Source: a virus
Direction: 5' to 3' (one strand)
Virus record (IMG/VR): IMGVR_UViG_3300043464_002365
Location: 1 to 64,000 of that record
Length of the DNA stretch: 64,000 bases
The translations under genes were made by a program, and so were the position numbers. Of this stretch, positions 29,823-41,205 are shown in pieces. The stretch's first letter is position 1. Each line of letters starts with the position of its first letter. Below the pieces are notes generated by a model. That model was not told where the DNA came from. It did no database searches and was given only the letters and a program-made list of their open reading frames with translations.

Positions 29823-30014
29823 TGTTTGAAGAGCGAGAAAACAAGCCCATGGAGAGCCAAACAAGAATCGTGGCAGGCCAAAAGGGCACAGACGGCCAGA
29901 TTGCCTGAACCGCCCATGCCCCTAAACAAGCCAGCCCGAAAGTAATTCCAAGAGCTATGCCTACTGCCAGAAGGTAGATAGCCCAGTCCTTGGAATCTCG
30001 GGAGTGCTTCATTG

Positions 30015-30290
30015 TCAGAAGAGATCGTCGCTAGACGAAGACGAGGAGCTAACGGCTTCGCCGTTTTGCCAGAAGGAAGAATAAGCCTTAGGGCTATTTT
30101 CCATCTTATTGACAGTTACTTGCCCCTTGAAATGAGGAGCAGTGTCCTTGTCACGCTTGTCGTTGTTCCACAGTGCCACGCGGAAGCTGTAGTTTCCTTG
30201 TGCATTGGGACCAGCCTTTTTGGCTGCATTCAGAATGTCGGGGGTGAGATCGACAGTGCCGCTGAAAACGGGAGGATTGCCAGAGGGCAT
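30015..30290 (-). CDS. Putative ssDNA-binding protein
   Basis: P.FSG and P.FKG motifs, acidic DDLF tail, next to exonuclease and annealing genes. Confidence 0.55.
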   Translation of the reverse strand: MPSGNPPVFSGTVDLTPDILNAAKKAGPNAQGNYSFRVALWNNDKRDKDTAPHFKGQVTVNKMENSPKAYSSFWQNGEAVSSSSSSSDDLF

Positions 30291-30361
30291 GTAGTGTTCC
30301 TCAGAAGGAGAGTGGTCGGCCCTGGAGGGGCTCTAGAAGCATAGCGGGAATGAACTGGGAG

Positions 30362-31162
30362 TCAAGCTCCACGGTCCATAGAAATCATTAAGGGGCGTCC
30401 GCCGGGGTAGTGTTCAAAGAAAAACTGCTGCACCTTCTGCACCATGATGCCTGCCTGCATCGCAAGCTCTCCTGCTGAGAGGCTCACGATTTGCGCTTCT
30501 TGGGAATGGCCAGTATCAGGATCATGAATGGCAATGGCGCAATGCGCTTCATTCACTTCGATGTCATACATCTGTTCAATGGCTTGCACATAGGCGCCAA
30601 GCTGCATGCGATAATCGGCTAGCTGTGTATCAGGCTTTTCTTTGTAGCTCGTCTTCCAATCCAGCAAAGCATATTGCCCGCTGTTCATTTTGGCGAGCAT
30701 ATCAAAGGTGCCTGAATAGCCAATTTCTTGCGCAGGATCGTACCAGGCAATGGCACTTTCGACGAGCAATGGACTATCAACGCGCTCAAGAAAACCAACA
30801 ATGCTCTCAAAATAAGGCACGTAGTTTTCGTGAGAATCAAGATGCTCTTGAATGTCTTCGCCGTTCCAGAAATCTTCTAGAACACCGTGAAGCCAATTGC
30901 CTCGATCCACAGCATTACGAGTGCGACGATTAGCCTCTTCATTGCCCACCTTTTTGCGCCAGTTCATTAGCGCTGCAATTTTGCCAGGTGGAGAACACGC
31001 GCTCGCAACAGTCGTCACAGAAGGCAAAACAAACCCTTCTGGAACATTTGGAAAATCGTTCAGCAGATAGTAGCGCTTTTTCTGAATTTGGAGCCGGTTG
31101 GGTTCGTAGCGGGGAAATGCTGGCATTTGGAGGGAGGTAAGGCATAGATCGTAACAGGCCAT
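30362..31162 (-). CDS. PD-(D/E)xK exonuclease (Cas4/RecB-like)
   Basis: PSVTTV, RGNWLH, YSGTFD, LLDWKTS and QLGAY motifs. Confidence 0.85.
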   Translation of the reverse strand: MACYDLCLTSLQMPAFPRYEPNRLQIQKKRYYLLNDFPNVPEGFVLPSVTTVASACSPPGKIAALMNWRKKVGNEEANRRTRNAVDRGNWLHGVLEDFWNGEDIQEHLDSHENYVPYFESIVGFLERVDSPLLVESAIAWYDPAQEIGYSGTFDMLAKMNSGQYALLDWKTSYKEKPDTQLADYRMQLGAYVQAIEQMYDIEVNEAHCAIAIHDPDTGHSQEAQIVSLSAGELAMQAGIMVQKVQQFFFEHYPGGRPLMISMDRGA

Positions 31163-31370
31163 GTTTAGTCATGGCTTGAGATGTGGGAACTCAGTTCGTA
31201 TTCAAGGCTGAAAGCTTTGTCGCCGACACTTTGAATGTCGGTTTCAAGTTCGCCCAAGAAGTTCAAAAGCCTTTCAATGCTCACGCCATTTTCTCCCATT
31301 AAGCGCTCAGCCATAATACGCCCAAGAGGTGACAGCAATGTGGAGCTGAGCACTGTTTCTTTGTTGGTTT

Positions 31371-31721
31371 TCATTTTTCGTTCATGTCCCAGAAATAGTC
31401 GCAGCCCTCTTCGTCGCATGGAGGCGCAGCGAAATAGCTCTGCCAACGATCTGCAGGCGCCATGTAACGCCAACAATTTTCTTTAACAGGGCATTCGTCC
31501 CCCGAGCACATTGCAATGTCAGGCATGAGAATAGTCCGAGCAGTTTGACGAAGAAATTGCTTGTCAACAAGAGGATGGTTAGCAATGGCTTCAAGAACAG
31601 CAGCAATGCGACGATCACTGCTAAGCGTGTCTTCAGGAAAGCTCCAGAATGCTTCATGACAAGCATCAATCAGAGAGCGATGATTGCGCACGCTTTTCTT
31701 CCATTGTTTCGTATTCTTCAA
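31371..31721 (-). CDS. Hypothetical protein with C-terminal Cys-rich domain
   Basis: PDIAMC...CP.KENCWRY. Confidence 0.5.
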   Translation of the reverse strand: MKNTKQWKKSVRNHRSLIDACHEAFWSFPEDTLSSDRRIAAVLEAIANHPLVDKQFLRQTARTILMPDIAMCSGDECPVKENCWRYMAPADRWQSYFAAPPCDEEGCDYFWDMNEK

Positions 31722-32066
31722 CCATGGTCGCCATCGCAGACATTATTGAAGTTTCAAAGAAACCGCAGGCCAAAACAAACTGCTTGAAATGCTCGACGAT
31801 TTCAGGGCAATAGATGTTATGGAACGAATAGGAAACTTTTGTTTCCCCTTCTTCGTGAAGAAAAGTGAAACGGCTCATGGGACTATCAAGGAAAGGATTG
31901 CCAGAATTGACAGGGCAAGGATTAGGCATGTGAAGGTAACGAGAAGGAACAAACCGAGGGGGTCATTCGCCAAATAGCTTGGCAGGAAGCTCAGTAACGG
32001 GAAGGAGATCATCATCAAGACAAATGGTTCCAGCAAAGGCCCGTGCTAGGCGGGCCGCTGCCAGAT

Positions 32067-33005
32067 CTACTGCTTTTTTGCCACGAAAGCTTTCATGCCT
32101 TCAACAATGGCAGCAGTGTCCTCAAGCCCACGAACAAGGGAAATTTCCTCTGTCATTTCAGCCTTGCTGATGACAACTTCCTGCTCCTTTGCCCATAGTG
32201 TCATCATTGCTGCGACGACGTTTCCGAAGGCTTGCCAGCTTTTGATTTCTGTGGCGCGAGCAAGTCCAATACTTTCAAGAGCAGCTTTGCCTGCAGCCAT
32301 AGAAGCTTTCTCGTCGGCATAGTTCAAAGGATTGGCTTTGCACACTGCCGTAAGAGCTGCCTTTGCATCGAAGGGTTCAGCGGACCCTGTATCAGCGGCG
32401 GCAACAGGCCCCTCGCCTCCAGCAGCAGCAGCGCTTTCCTTAGGGGCAGTCTTCGTGCGTGCAGGCGTCTTGAGCGTGTCCTGCTGCAGCTTTGGCGCTT
32501 CTTCCTTGGGGATGTCCTCTCCGGCATAGAGCCGAAGACCAAGGCCCGTGAACGTAGCAATGGCTTTGACACTGGCACGTTGGATGTTGTCGCTGATTGC
32601 ACGACCATCGAGCTGCTGAATGGAATTATGCTTCCTGTCCATTACGGGGAAGACAAGTGCAGGAGTGCGACGCACGCCGTCCGTGAGATAGGGGCGAAGG
32701 ATGAATGCACCAGGCTCGCCAAAGACGGGCCATCCAATAGTTTTCTCCTCAAATGCTACGAACAGCGTTGGGAAATGCTCCTTCAGATAGCGAAAGGCAA
32801 AAGGCCAAGACAGATAGGAAAGACCTTTGTAGTCCTTCTCGATGTGAGGGCCAATATCGGGGGTGTCATAAGCAGCACGAAAAGCTTCTGCAGTAATTTC
32901 CAGCGGCGTGAAAATACCAAGAGCGCGTTCTGTCATTGCTTGTTTTGCGGAGTCTTCCATGCTGGAAAAGTCGGAAGGGGAATAAGTGAGAAAGGTGTGG
33001 TTCAT
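32067..33005 (-). CDS. Sak/DUF1071-like ssDNA annealing protein
   Basis: GLSYLSW, PVMDRKHNS and QRA.VKAIA..GLGL.LYAGED motifs. Confidence 0.85.
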   Translation of the reverse strand: MNHTFLTYSPSDFSSMEDSAKQAMTERALGIFTPLEITAEAFRAAYDTPDIGPHIEKDYKGLSYLSWPFAFRYLKEHFPTLFVAFEEKTIGWPVFGEPGAFILRPYLTDGVRRTPALVFPVMDRKHNSIQQLDGRAISDNIQRASVKAIATFTGLGLRLYAGEDIPKEEAPKLQQDTLKTPARTKTAPKESAAAAGGEGPVAAADTGSAEPFDAKAALTAVCKANPLNYADEKASMAAGKAALESIGLARATEIKSWQAFGNVVAAMMTLWAKEQEVVISKAEMTEEISLVRGLEDTAAIVEGMKAFVAKKQ

Positions 33006-33746
33006 TCTTCAAGAAAAGCGAAATGCCAATCAATAAGATACTCTTCGCTTTCTTCATCAAACGAAAGATTCAGGCCAACCACGGCCACGCCAGTATCAGA
33101 GAGAAAGCAATCAAGGCAATGAAGCACATCATGGTCCATTTGCTTCATGCGAGCATGAAGCTCAGACATGGTGAGATTAGGCGTTTCCATCATCCCAAAT
33201 GCGCCACTGCTTTATAGCCGAAGCCAGAATGATTGTATTCGCCATACATAATGACAAACATTTTGCTTGGGCTCTCGTTTTTGGTGATGAGGCTATCACC
33301 AGGCAGAGGCCAATCGTTAATCACTCTCACGTCAGTGGGATCTTCCAAGTACTCAGGATCGTAATTCTCAGAAATCACTCCCTCTTCCCAAAGGAGCTTC
33401 ACTTCCGTGTCGGCATGCTCAAGAAGAAACTCTTCGCAAGCAAGCTTAAGCTGGGAAACTTTCATGGTCAGTCGTTATAGAAGATGATGCCAAAGAAGCT
33501 GTCGGGAGAAGGTTGTTGAACATCTTCTTCATCCATTGGAATACCAGGAAGCTCGTCGGAATCTCCGTTCAAAATGCGAAACTTAATCGAATGAGCGTCG
33601 CTTTCTTTCTCTACGTCAAATGCGTAGCTATGGGAATAAGCGCTGATGTTAATGTCGCCATATTTCTCAATTGCTTTTTGCAATTGCTCAATCAACTTTG
33701 TAGCCTTCATAGTCCTCGATTTCGGAAACGATGGAATGGTCTTCAA
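33002..33746 (-). CDS. Three small acidic hypothetical ORFs (33002-33193, 33190-33465, 33468-33746)
   Basis: Tightly packed ORFs. Confidence 0.45.
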
Positions 33747-33933
33747 CTAAAGAGAAAGCACCGTCACAAAGAACTGTGTTTCCTTCCCATGGAGAAGTGG
33801 TGCGAATGAGACGCTCCACTGTCTCACTAAGGCTCAATCGTGCTTCATGGGCAATGTCCTTGAGATGAGTGTAGGCGGTGTCAGTGATGGTGAAGTGGCG
33901 GCTTTTCTTGGGCTCGCCGTGGTCAACGGTCAT
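33688..33933 (-). CDS. Ribbon-helix-helix-like DNA-binding protein
   Basis: RHFTITDTAYTHLKDIA...SLSETVERLIR. Confidence 0.55.
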   Translation of the reverse strand: MTVDHGEPKKSRHFTITDTAYTHLKDIAHEARLSLSETVERLIRTTSPWEGNTVLCDGAFSLVEDHSIVSEIEDYEGYKVD

Positions 33934-34023
33934 AGAACAAAGGGCCGAGAAGGTAGCCGATGCTGAAGCCAATAATGGCGGGCAGCCAAAGCTCCATGGT
34001 TTTGTCTTGCGAGGGACATGGCC

Positions 34024-34051
34024 AATATAGCCGTTATGGCCAGCCCGTCAA
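34024..34051 (-). promoter_or_regulatory. Sigma70-type promoter of the leftward operon
   Basis: TTGACG-N16-TATATT on the - strand. Confidence 0.55.
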
Positions 34052-34069
34052 GGCTCAGCAACAGAAGCG

Positions 34070-34120
34070 CTCGTTAAGAATTGTGAACGCCTTGCAGCAG
34101 CAAGATTCTGGTGCTAGAAC
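34070..34120 (+). promoter_or_regulatory. HLR1-like repeat promoter of primase-helicase
   Basis: CTCGTTAA-GA-ATTGTGAA, 27 nt, then TAGAAC (weaker copy). Confidence 0.4.
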
Positions 34121-34141
34121 GGCCCCATCTCACATCTCTCC

Positions 34142-36190
34142 ATGGCCTTCTCCATCCTTGACCACCTTGAGCAACTGGAGCCAAGTAACGAGCCAGGGAA
34201 ATACCACTGCCCTGCATGCGGTGGCAACGATTTCACAATCAATAAAAACACTGAGGCGTACAACTGCTGGCATGACACCAGCCCTGCTCACCGCGCTGAA
34301 ATCCGCGATGCACTAGCTCCTCTCACCAGATGGGAGAAGCCGTCTCGTGAAGCCGGCAACTATTCGTTTGTCTACAAAAATAACCATGGAAAGGAAGTGG
34401 TTATTGTTCATCGTGATGACACTTCAGGCTCCAAAAAGATTTGGCAAGACTTTCCCACTATTGACAAAAATGAGAAGGGCCATAAAACCCAGCTCAAGGA
34501 AATCAAGGCAAATGTTCTTCCCTATCGTTATGACGATGCAATAGCAAAGAGCGAAGAAACAGGTCTGCCCATTTTTATTGTCGAAGGCGAACTCACTTGC
34601 GAAGCAGTGTGGATGCTCGACATTCCCTGCATCACGTTTCTTGGAGGCAGTAAACAATATCGCACTAATGGTGACTATTCAAGCCTATTCCGCAACAGGA
34701 AGCTTGTACTTTGTCCTGATCGTGACGAGCAGGGCGTTGGCTTCATGGCAGAAATTGCCAATGATAATCCTGGGGCAAGTTGGCTTTATGCAGATCCTCG
34801 TTCATGGGAATGGGACAATCTCCCTTCAGGGAATGGCTACGACTTAGGCGACTACATTGAAGAAGGCGTCACCAAAGACGATCTCCTTTCCTCCATTGTT
34901 TCCAAAAGCAGGCACCAAGGGCAAGACGGCAAACCTGCCTATGAGGAGATCATTGCCACCATCGAAAACTTTGTTGGCCTCTACGCCAATGACTCTCGCA
35001 TTGCTTATGAAACCAGCAATTGGCTAGAGCAACGTGGCGTAAAGATGAGCCAGCAAAATGTTGACAAGATCATTGCTGAAGCCAAAGACCGCATCTATGG
35101 CAGGGAAGAGCTTGAAAGTATTGACGCTCTTTCCATTGCCAATGCTGACAAAGCCCGTGAATGGCTCATTGCTGGCATTATCCCTTTGGGCAGCGTCACG
35201 CTACTTGCTGCAGGCGGTGGCACTGGTAAATCAACTGTGGCTTACAACTGGGCTCTTCATATTGGTCTTGGCACGAAATGGAGCGGACGCCGTTGCATGA
35301 AAGGTAAAACTTTGGTTTGTCAAAGTGACGAGCCTCTCATCGACACCAGCGAAAAGCTTTCCGTGATTGGCTATCAAGACACTCCGCTGGCGCCTGGCAC
35401 CATTGAATTCTGGGAAACTTGGCGCTTTGCCCATATGAAACAGCTTGAAGACTACGTGAGAAAGGAGCGTCCGCTGTTCGTAGTGATTGATAGCCTCACT
35501 GCTTGCCTTGCTGGCATGGACGTGGATATGGTGAAGAGCAATGCAGGCGATGTTATCTACGGCTTGCGCGATCTCGCCAATACCTATCGCTGTTCGATTC
35601 TCATCCTCCACCATCTCAACAAGAACGGAGGCCTCCGCGACTCAACTAGCTTCGTCGACAACGTGAGTGAAGTGGTGAAGCTCACTCGTTCTGAAAGCTT
35701 CGATCCGAATGAATTTATGCTCGAATGGATGAAGAGCCGGAGTGGTCTCACGGGCAAGCACGTGCTGAAACGTGACAATCTCACCTATGGCTGGCATTAC
35801 GCTGGGCCGCTGGGTGGTTCTCTGGAAGAGCTTGATCGAGTGGTGAACGTAGTGGAGATGCGCAAGACGGAGCGCTTCACTAAGCAACAAGTGGCTGGGC
35901 TATCAGGAAGCTTTGAAACTGGCCCTACTGGCAAGATGCTGGAAGTGGCCAGGAGGCAAGGCTTGATTAGCAGCAGCTTTGTTGTTGGTCCCAATGGAGA
36001 GCGCGAGCGTCTCTACCATTCTTGGGACTACGTTGAGCCTGAGCTTGATTTTCAGGAAGTTTCAAAAGAAGCTGAAAAGGAGCCTGATAATGAAATTCCC
36101 GCTCAGGAACAAGCTCCGCAAGAAGAACCTGCTCCCATGTTGACAAATGAAAATCTTCCCGTAAGGGAAGAGGATCACGATTTCTTCTGA
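34142..36190 (+). CDS. Primase-helicase (Zn finger, TOPRIM, RepA/AAA_25-type helicase)
   Basis: CPACG; IVEGE...PDRDEQG; Walker A AGGGTGKS; VVIDSL; ILHHLNK. Confidence 0.88.
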   Translation: MAFSILDHLEQLEPSNEPGKYHCPACGGNDFTINKNTEAYNCWHDTSPAHRAEIRDALAPLTRWEKPSREAGNYSFVYKNNHGKEVVIVHRDDTSGSKKIWQDFPTIDKNEKGHKTQLKEIKANVLPYRYDDAIAKSEETGLPIFIVEGELTCEAVWMLDIPCITFLGGSKQYRTNGDYSSLFRNRKLVLCPDRDEQGVGFMAEIANDNPGASWLYADPRSWEWDNLPSGNGYDLGDYIEEGVTKDDLLSSIVSKSRHQGQDGKPAYEEIIATIENFVGLYANDSRIAYETSNWLEQRGVKMSQQNVDKIIAEAKDRIYGREELESIDALSIANADKAREWLIAGIIPLGSVTLLAAGGGTGKSTVAYNWALHIGLGTKWSGRRCMKGKTLVCQSDEPLIDTSEKLSVIGYQDTPLAPGTIEFWETWRFAHMKQLEDYVRKERPLFVVIDSLTACLAGMDVDMVKSNAGDVIYGLRDLANTYRCSILILHHLNKNGGLRDSTSFVDNVSEVVKLTRSESFDPNEFMLEWMKSRSGLTGKHVLKRDNLTYGWHYAGPLGGSLEELDRVVNVVEMRKTERFTKQQVAGLSGSFETGPTGKMLEVARRQGLISSSFVVGPNGERERLYHSWDYVEPELDFQEVSKEAEKEPDNEIPAQEQAPQEEPAPMLTNENLPVREEDHDFF

Positions 36191-36274
36191 CGCTTCGCAA
36201 TAGGAGGGAGGCTCTAACATAGCCTCCCTGCTGCCTACCGTAGCGGGCAGCTTTCTTCAGTATAGACCAAGAAG

Positions 36275-36301
36275 AAAGGGGCCATCAGGCCCCTTTGCTT
36301 T
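36275..36301 (+). terminator. Intrinsic terminator
   Basis: aaaggggcc-atca-ggccccttt. Confidence 0.65.
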
Positions 36302-36757
36302 ACCTAATTGCGCTTGCCTTTGAAGCTTTGAGCGTCTATCAGTTTTTGGAATTCTTCTTCCTCTTTGCCTTTGCCATACAGCCAAGCCTTAGTGCTCTGA
36401 CCAGGCTTCGGACCATTTCGCGGTAGCTTGACGATTTTGTAATCCTTGAATTCTTCGTTCATAGTTCAGTTGGCGACAGAGTGGACAATGGAGCTGAGGG
36501 ATGAGGCGAGGATCGCTGTACTTGTGCCTGATTAGCCATTCGGTGATGGCTTCCTTGTCCATGGGGAAATCGGATGAGGCAATGCCATCATGCCGCCGAC
36601 CAGATCCGTCTCTGCTTTGTCTTGTGCCAGGAGAAGAAGCTGCACACAACCTCTTGATTTTGCCTCAAACTCCCTTTACCCTCACCACAGGTCTAGCCAA
36701 GTGTCGCAAGCCCATCAGCGATGGCTCCTTAGCGCATAGGCATGGCCAGCCAGGGCT

Positions 36758-36782
36758 AGCGTAGCCCCCAAGGGCGGAGCGT
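36758..36782 (+). repeat. 25-bp repeat, exact inverted copy at 52481-52505
   Basis: AGCGTAGCCCCCAAGGGCGGAGCGT; core AGCCCCCAAGGGCG also at about 36870 (+) and 52422 (-). Confidence 0.9.
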
Positions 36783-36961
36783 TCATTCATAAGGCCAAGA
36801 TCAACTATCAACAACGATCAAAGCCAAACGATGCCTAAAACCTCCGCAATGCCGCTCTAGCCAGAGTGGAGCCCCCAAGGGCGTAACGTTCAGACAAAAG
36901 GCATAGGAAACCTTCAACTGAACAAAATACGCTTAACATTGCAAAGGAAACTTCCAGCGCA

Positions 36962-37622
36962 ATGCTTCTCCCGCCTAAGCCCGTAGATAAACTCCCTCTG
37001 CTGGAGCACAATGGAGCAGAAATCCTGCCTATTGTTCATCACGGTTTTTCAAAGCCTGCTAAAGGCCAACAACCAGCATCACGAACGCTCTATGGAGCCC
37101 GTGATAATAATGGAGAGCGCCATTGGCGCTCTAGCTTGCACGAAATCCAGCAATTGATTGATAGTGGTTTCGCAGTGCAGGAGCAGGCAAATGCGTGAAT
37201 TCTGCACCAACCCCAAGGATTGCATGGCTCTCGCTTACGAGCGTGAGGCTGAACATGAAATGGACGCTCGCGGACTAGATGCTGCCTATGCAGAAATCGT
37301 CGATAGCTTCCACAAAGAAATGGAAGAATTCGTCCGAAAGTACTGTCCTAAAAAGCTGAACGATTTTGATGATTTGTTAGAAAAAGCCTTCTGGCAGTAT
37401 CATTGATCGAGGAGAAACGGGGCGCTTGGTGCGCCCCTTTGCTTAGCTATGGAAACTATCGCGCCATTGTCCGAGGCTGAATGGGAGGAGCTTTGCATGC
37501 TCAAGAAAGCAATTGATGATGGTCCGGCCACTGTCGTGGCCTCTCGCATGGAGCGTTTCACTGAATTGTTTGTTCGTACTCTCCATGGAAAAGGAGATAC
37601 AATGCGAGGAGCAAAACAATAA
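36962..37622 (+). CDS. Three small hypothetical ORFs (36962-37198, about 37191-37406, 37449-37622)
   Basis: Last ORF translated manually: METIAPLSEAEWEEL...ERFTELFVRTLHGKGD, a cyanophage-type small protein. Confidence 0.5.
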
Positions 37623-37625
37623 ACA

Positions 37626-38381
37626 ATGCCTCGTCCAGAAATTGAATTTGCCACGCCCGAAGAGGAAGAAGCTTATGCAAGAAAAGCTTTAACAAAAGCA
37701 GGCGTACCAATTACGCAGTATGAAGCCATTCGTGAGCATAAATCAAGGGGCGGCACACATGGCGCTGGCATTTATACCAAGGAAATGCTTGGCGTAAGGC
37801 GATGGATGGTGCAAGAATTATTGGCAGCAAAGATGAGCAATCGTCAGATTGCAAATGTTTTGCAGCTAAGCAAAGAAACAGTCAATGGAGACAGGCATTT
37901 CAATAGGGATCTTTACACGCAGGAAATTCTGAAGAATCAAGACACGCACAGGGCGCGTCTCCTCAAGGAGCAGATGGACCTCAAGGAGCTTGCATTGGCA
38001 AGCTTTGAAACTAGTAAGCGCAAGAAGACAGTCACCATCATGGACGGCGGTGACGATGGCAGTAAGGAAATGGTGAAGATAGAAGAAAGCGCTGGCGATG
38101 CGTCCTTTCTCAACGTGGCCAAGAATTCTTTGGTGGAGCAAGCAAAGCTCCTGGGGCTGAACGAAATCAAGCCTGTAGAAAACCAAGACACCTCCTATCG
38201 AACGTTCCTGAAAGACCTTTCCTCCACCATTGAAAAGGAGAAGGAAGCGAAGGCTACGGAAGAACGACGTGGCAATTCTCTCCTTGCGTCTGCTGAGACC
38301 ATCAGCTTTGATGCCGAACCAGAAAGCGAGCCCCTTCCTGAAGCCATGCCTTTACAAACAATTAATGAAGATGATTATTGA
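37626..38381 (+). CDS. HTH protein, candidate terminase small subunit
   Basis: MSNRQIANVLQLSKETV HTH, helical body, AKLLGL motif. Confidence 0.5.
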   Translation: MPRPEIEFATPEEEEAYARKALTKAGVPITQYEAIREHKSRGGTHGAGIYTKEMLGVRRWMVQELLAAKMSNRQIANVLQLSKETVNGDRHFNRDLYTQEILKNQDTHRARLLKEQMDLKELALASFETSKRKKTVTIMDGGDDGSKEMVKIEESAGDASFLNVAKNSLVEQAKLLGLNEIKPVENQDTSYRTFLKDLSSTIEKEKEAKATEERRGNSLLASAETISFDAEPESEPLPEAMPLQTINEDDY

Positions 38382-38406
38382 CAATGGCGCCTTGAGGCGC
38401 CATTAT
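38378..38406 (+). promoter_or_regulatory. Sigma70 promoter with palindromic spacer
   Basis: TTGACA-N17-CATTAT overlapping aatggcgcc-ttga-ggcgccatt. Confidence 0.65.
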
Positions 38407-39614
38407 TGACGAAACGCTTCCTTGCATTGGATCAATTCGCCTCCGTTGACGATTTCCTGCGCCAAGCAGTGGCAGCCAAAGACGGCAAACGTGAAGCCAT
38501 CAGCAAAAGCATCTCCCCTGGCCTGCAGGATCATGGCACCGTAGGCATTCCGCCAAAACTGGCCTCCTCCATAGAAGCCATGCTCCAGAAGCACGGCGAT
38601 GAAACCTACAGGCAAATTGCCCTGTTCTGCCTGGGCAAGTGGTTTGAGCTGCACATTGGCATGTTCGAGGAGCTGATTGGCGAGGAGCCCAGCATGGCCT
38701 GCTCATGTTTGATGGACGCCACACGCATTGCAGACGCTCTCCATCTCCTTTCGGAAATCAATAGCATTGGAGGCGACGGCGGATGGAAGCCCATGCTTGA
38801 AGAAACGCTCAGTCAGCACATTCTTGAAGAGCTTGAGGAGGAATGTTGGTAATGGCATCTTCTTGTCGCACCTATTTAATCACTACTTACGAAGGAAAGA
38901 AAATCGCCCTTGGGGCGATTTCTGCAAAACAAGCTGAACACTTCATGCTTGCAATGCGCCCTGACGTAAAGATTGCAATGATCGAGGAGATTCCTCCGCT
39001 TCCTGAAGATCCCAAATTATGACTTTCTCTTTCCATTGCACTGATGCCACTGGCCATCTTCGACTAGGACAGTTTTGTTTTCAATGGAGGAATAGTTTTC
39101 TCCTTGGCACAATGTATGACGGCTTTGGTGAAAGCAAAATCACCATTGGTTCACGCTCCTTTAATTTCGGACAGTTTCGTTTCGCCTAACCATGGACATC
39201 CAGCTCTCATTTGTTGAAGAGCATTCACTGCCTCGCATGGTACACATTTGCATTCCGCCTCAACTTCAAGAAGACGTGAGGGCCTTGGCAATGGAAGAGC
39301 CTCCCATTCATCCAGCATGGCGTAAGGCTCAAGCCAAGGGCAGGCATTTTGTCATTGCCACGAACGAGCTGGATGACATTACGGAGCTAGCCGACTTTGC
39401 CCGCACCAACATTGAGGAGCCAGAAGAGCCTCTGAGCAAGCCAAAGCGCCAGGCCTATCAAATCCTCTTGGACCGCGCCTTCAGGCATGCTGAGCTAGAG
39501 CCTATGGGCGCTTGCCATGCCATTGCCACGAAATGGAGGGAGCAGCCTTTGCCATGCCAGAAGAATCTCAGTATTGCCACGCAGGCATTGCGACACCCAA
39601 TCAGGCCTTTGTAA
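38406..39614 (+). CDS. Hypothetical ORFs (38406-38852, 38852-39022, 39019-39189, 39192-39614)
   Basis: Coupled or closely spaced ORFs. Confidence 0.45.
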
Positions 39615-39661
39615 CGATTTGTTAACGGCCCCCTTGATGGGGGCCTTTTTGCTGACATACT
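39608..39661 (+). promoter_or_regulatory. HLR1-like repeat, embedded terminator hairpin and -10 box
   Basis: TTTGTAAC-GA-TTTGTTAA; ggccccc-ttgat-gggggcc-ttttt; CATACT. Confidence 0.65.
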
Positions 39662-40345
39662 TTGCTCATGCGACGGCGAACGTCGCTAGTCCTCCGCTTT
39701 TCCATCGTGACCACCACGTTCAGCCACACCCTTCCCGATCAGCCCATCTGCGCCTATAAGGATGGAGAATTGGCGATGTTCTTCGGCCAGCCAATGGTGA
39801 CGCGCAGTTTCTCCATGGGAGACCTGCAAGAGTTTATTTGCACTATTGAAAAGGCTATTGATGAAGAGCCTAATTTTGTGCAACAAATGGCTCTTGAGCG
39901 CATTCGTTCTGCGTTCATTGTGAGCCTTGACATGCTCAAGGAGAATCATGAAGAGCTTCAGAAAGAGGCTCCACTCGGTGCCGACTTCGAGGAATACCTG
40001 ATGAACTACAACAACGCTGTCAAAGGAGGCCAACTGTGAGCACGCCCAAAGACACACTTACGGACGCTATTTTTGAATACTTTGATAATGACAATGGCGA
40101 TCAGCTCGTTAAAGATCTCGCGGAATTGTTGGCGAAAGATAGGGATCATCATCTTAGGAAATTTCGCGCTCTCTCTCATGCCTACGAGCAACTCTTTGGC
40201 CAATCATTCTGAGCTTGATTATGACCACGACAAGCGAAGCGTGATGCAACTCACTACTGCGAAGCTTGAGCGCAGGCTTCAATACTGGCGAGAGAAAGAG
40301 CAGGAGGAAATCCTTAAGCGCTATCGCCTCATCACTTCCATCTAG
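39662..40345 (+). CDS. Small hypothetical early ORFs
   Basis: 39662-40039 and following short ORFs. Confidence 0.4.
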
Positions 40346-40382
40346 CCAAATTGCCAATTTCTACACACTACGAGATTCAACA

Positions 40383-41205
40383 ATGACTCAAGAACACCCG
40401 ATCAATCCACCGCCTGAGTTGGTGCGTGAGTGGGCGACTACTAACGGAACTAGCTACGAAGATCTTTCTGCTTTGTGTCAAAACATCGCCACCCAAGCCG
40501 TCCAATGGGGCGCAGATCAGGAGCTGGAGGCGTGTTGTGAGTGGCTGCGCAGCAAGGACATTCTGGAACCTGCCATTGACGCCCTTCGCGCCGACCGCCG
40601 CCCCAAGCCGCCGAGCTTGAAGGAGCTGGCGCTTGCTCTTGTTGAGCAGCACGAAGACGGTTGGCGGCCGTCACCCAAGGATTGGGACACCATCCGCCGC
40701 GCACTGGAGGCGCTGCCCGATGGCTAAACCTCTCTCCCCCACCGCTCGCGCAGTCCTAGATGCCGCCTACCGGCGCATGGACGACAATCCGCACAACGAG
40801 GTAGAGGCAACGCTTGCCGCCGCCCTGCGAGCTGCTGTTGAGCAGGTGATGCCGGAAGTCGTAAACGCTGTTGGAGATGAGCACGATGACGCTCGCCGTG
40901 ACCAGTGGTTTCGCATCCGGTGCAAATTCCTTGCCATCGCTGATGAGCTTGAAGCCCAGTAGTCAGACCCACTAATGAACCCACAAGAAGCAGGCTTTGA
41001 CGGCGCCGAGGGCATCCGCCTAAACCACCCAGCTCTACCCAATGGAGGCATTTATAGGCTTCGACGAAACATCAATCCGCCTTGGGAATATGACAAGGAT
41101 TGCCGCAATCAACTTGTATGGCAAGAATCAGAACCGCCTCATCTCTTTTATTGCAACAGCGATGGCGAGTGGTTTGAACTGTCATTTATACCAATCCAGC
41201 GTTAG
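40383..41205 (+). CDS. GC-richer block of three ORFs (40383-40727, 40720-40962, 40975-41205)
   Basis: MTQEHPINPPPELV...WGADQELEACCEWL and MAKPLSPTARAVLDA families; TAGTCAG-N3-CACT at the last two stop codons. Confidence 0.6.

Noticed and set aside
27602-33122. Long + strand ORFs (27602-28288, 32232-33122)
   Set aside because: Antisense shadows of thyX and the Sak-like gene
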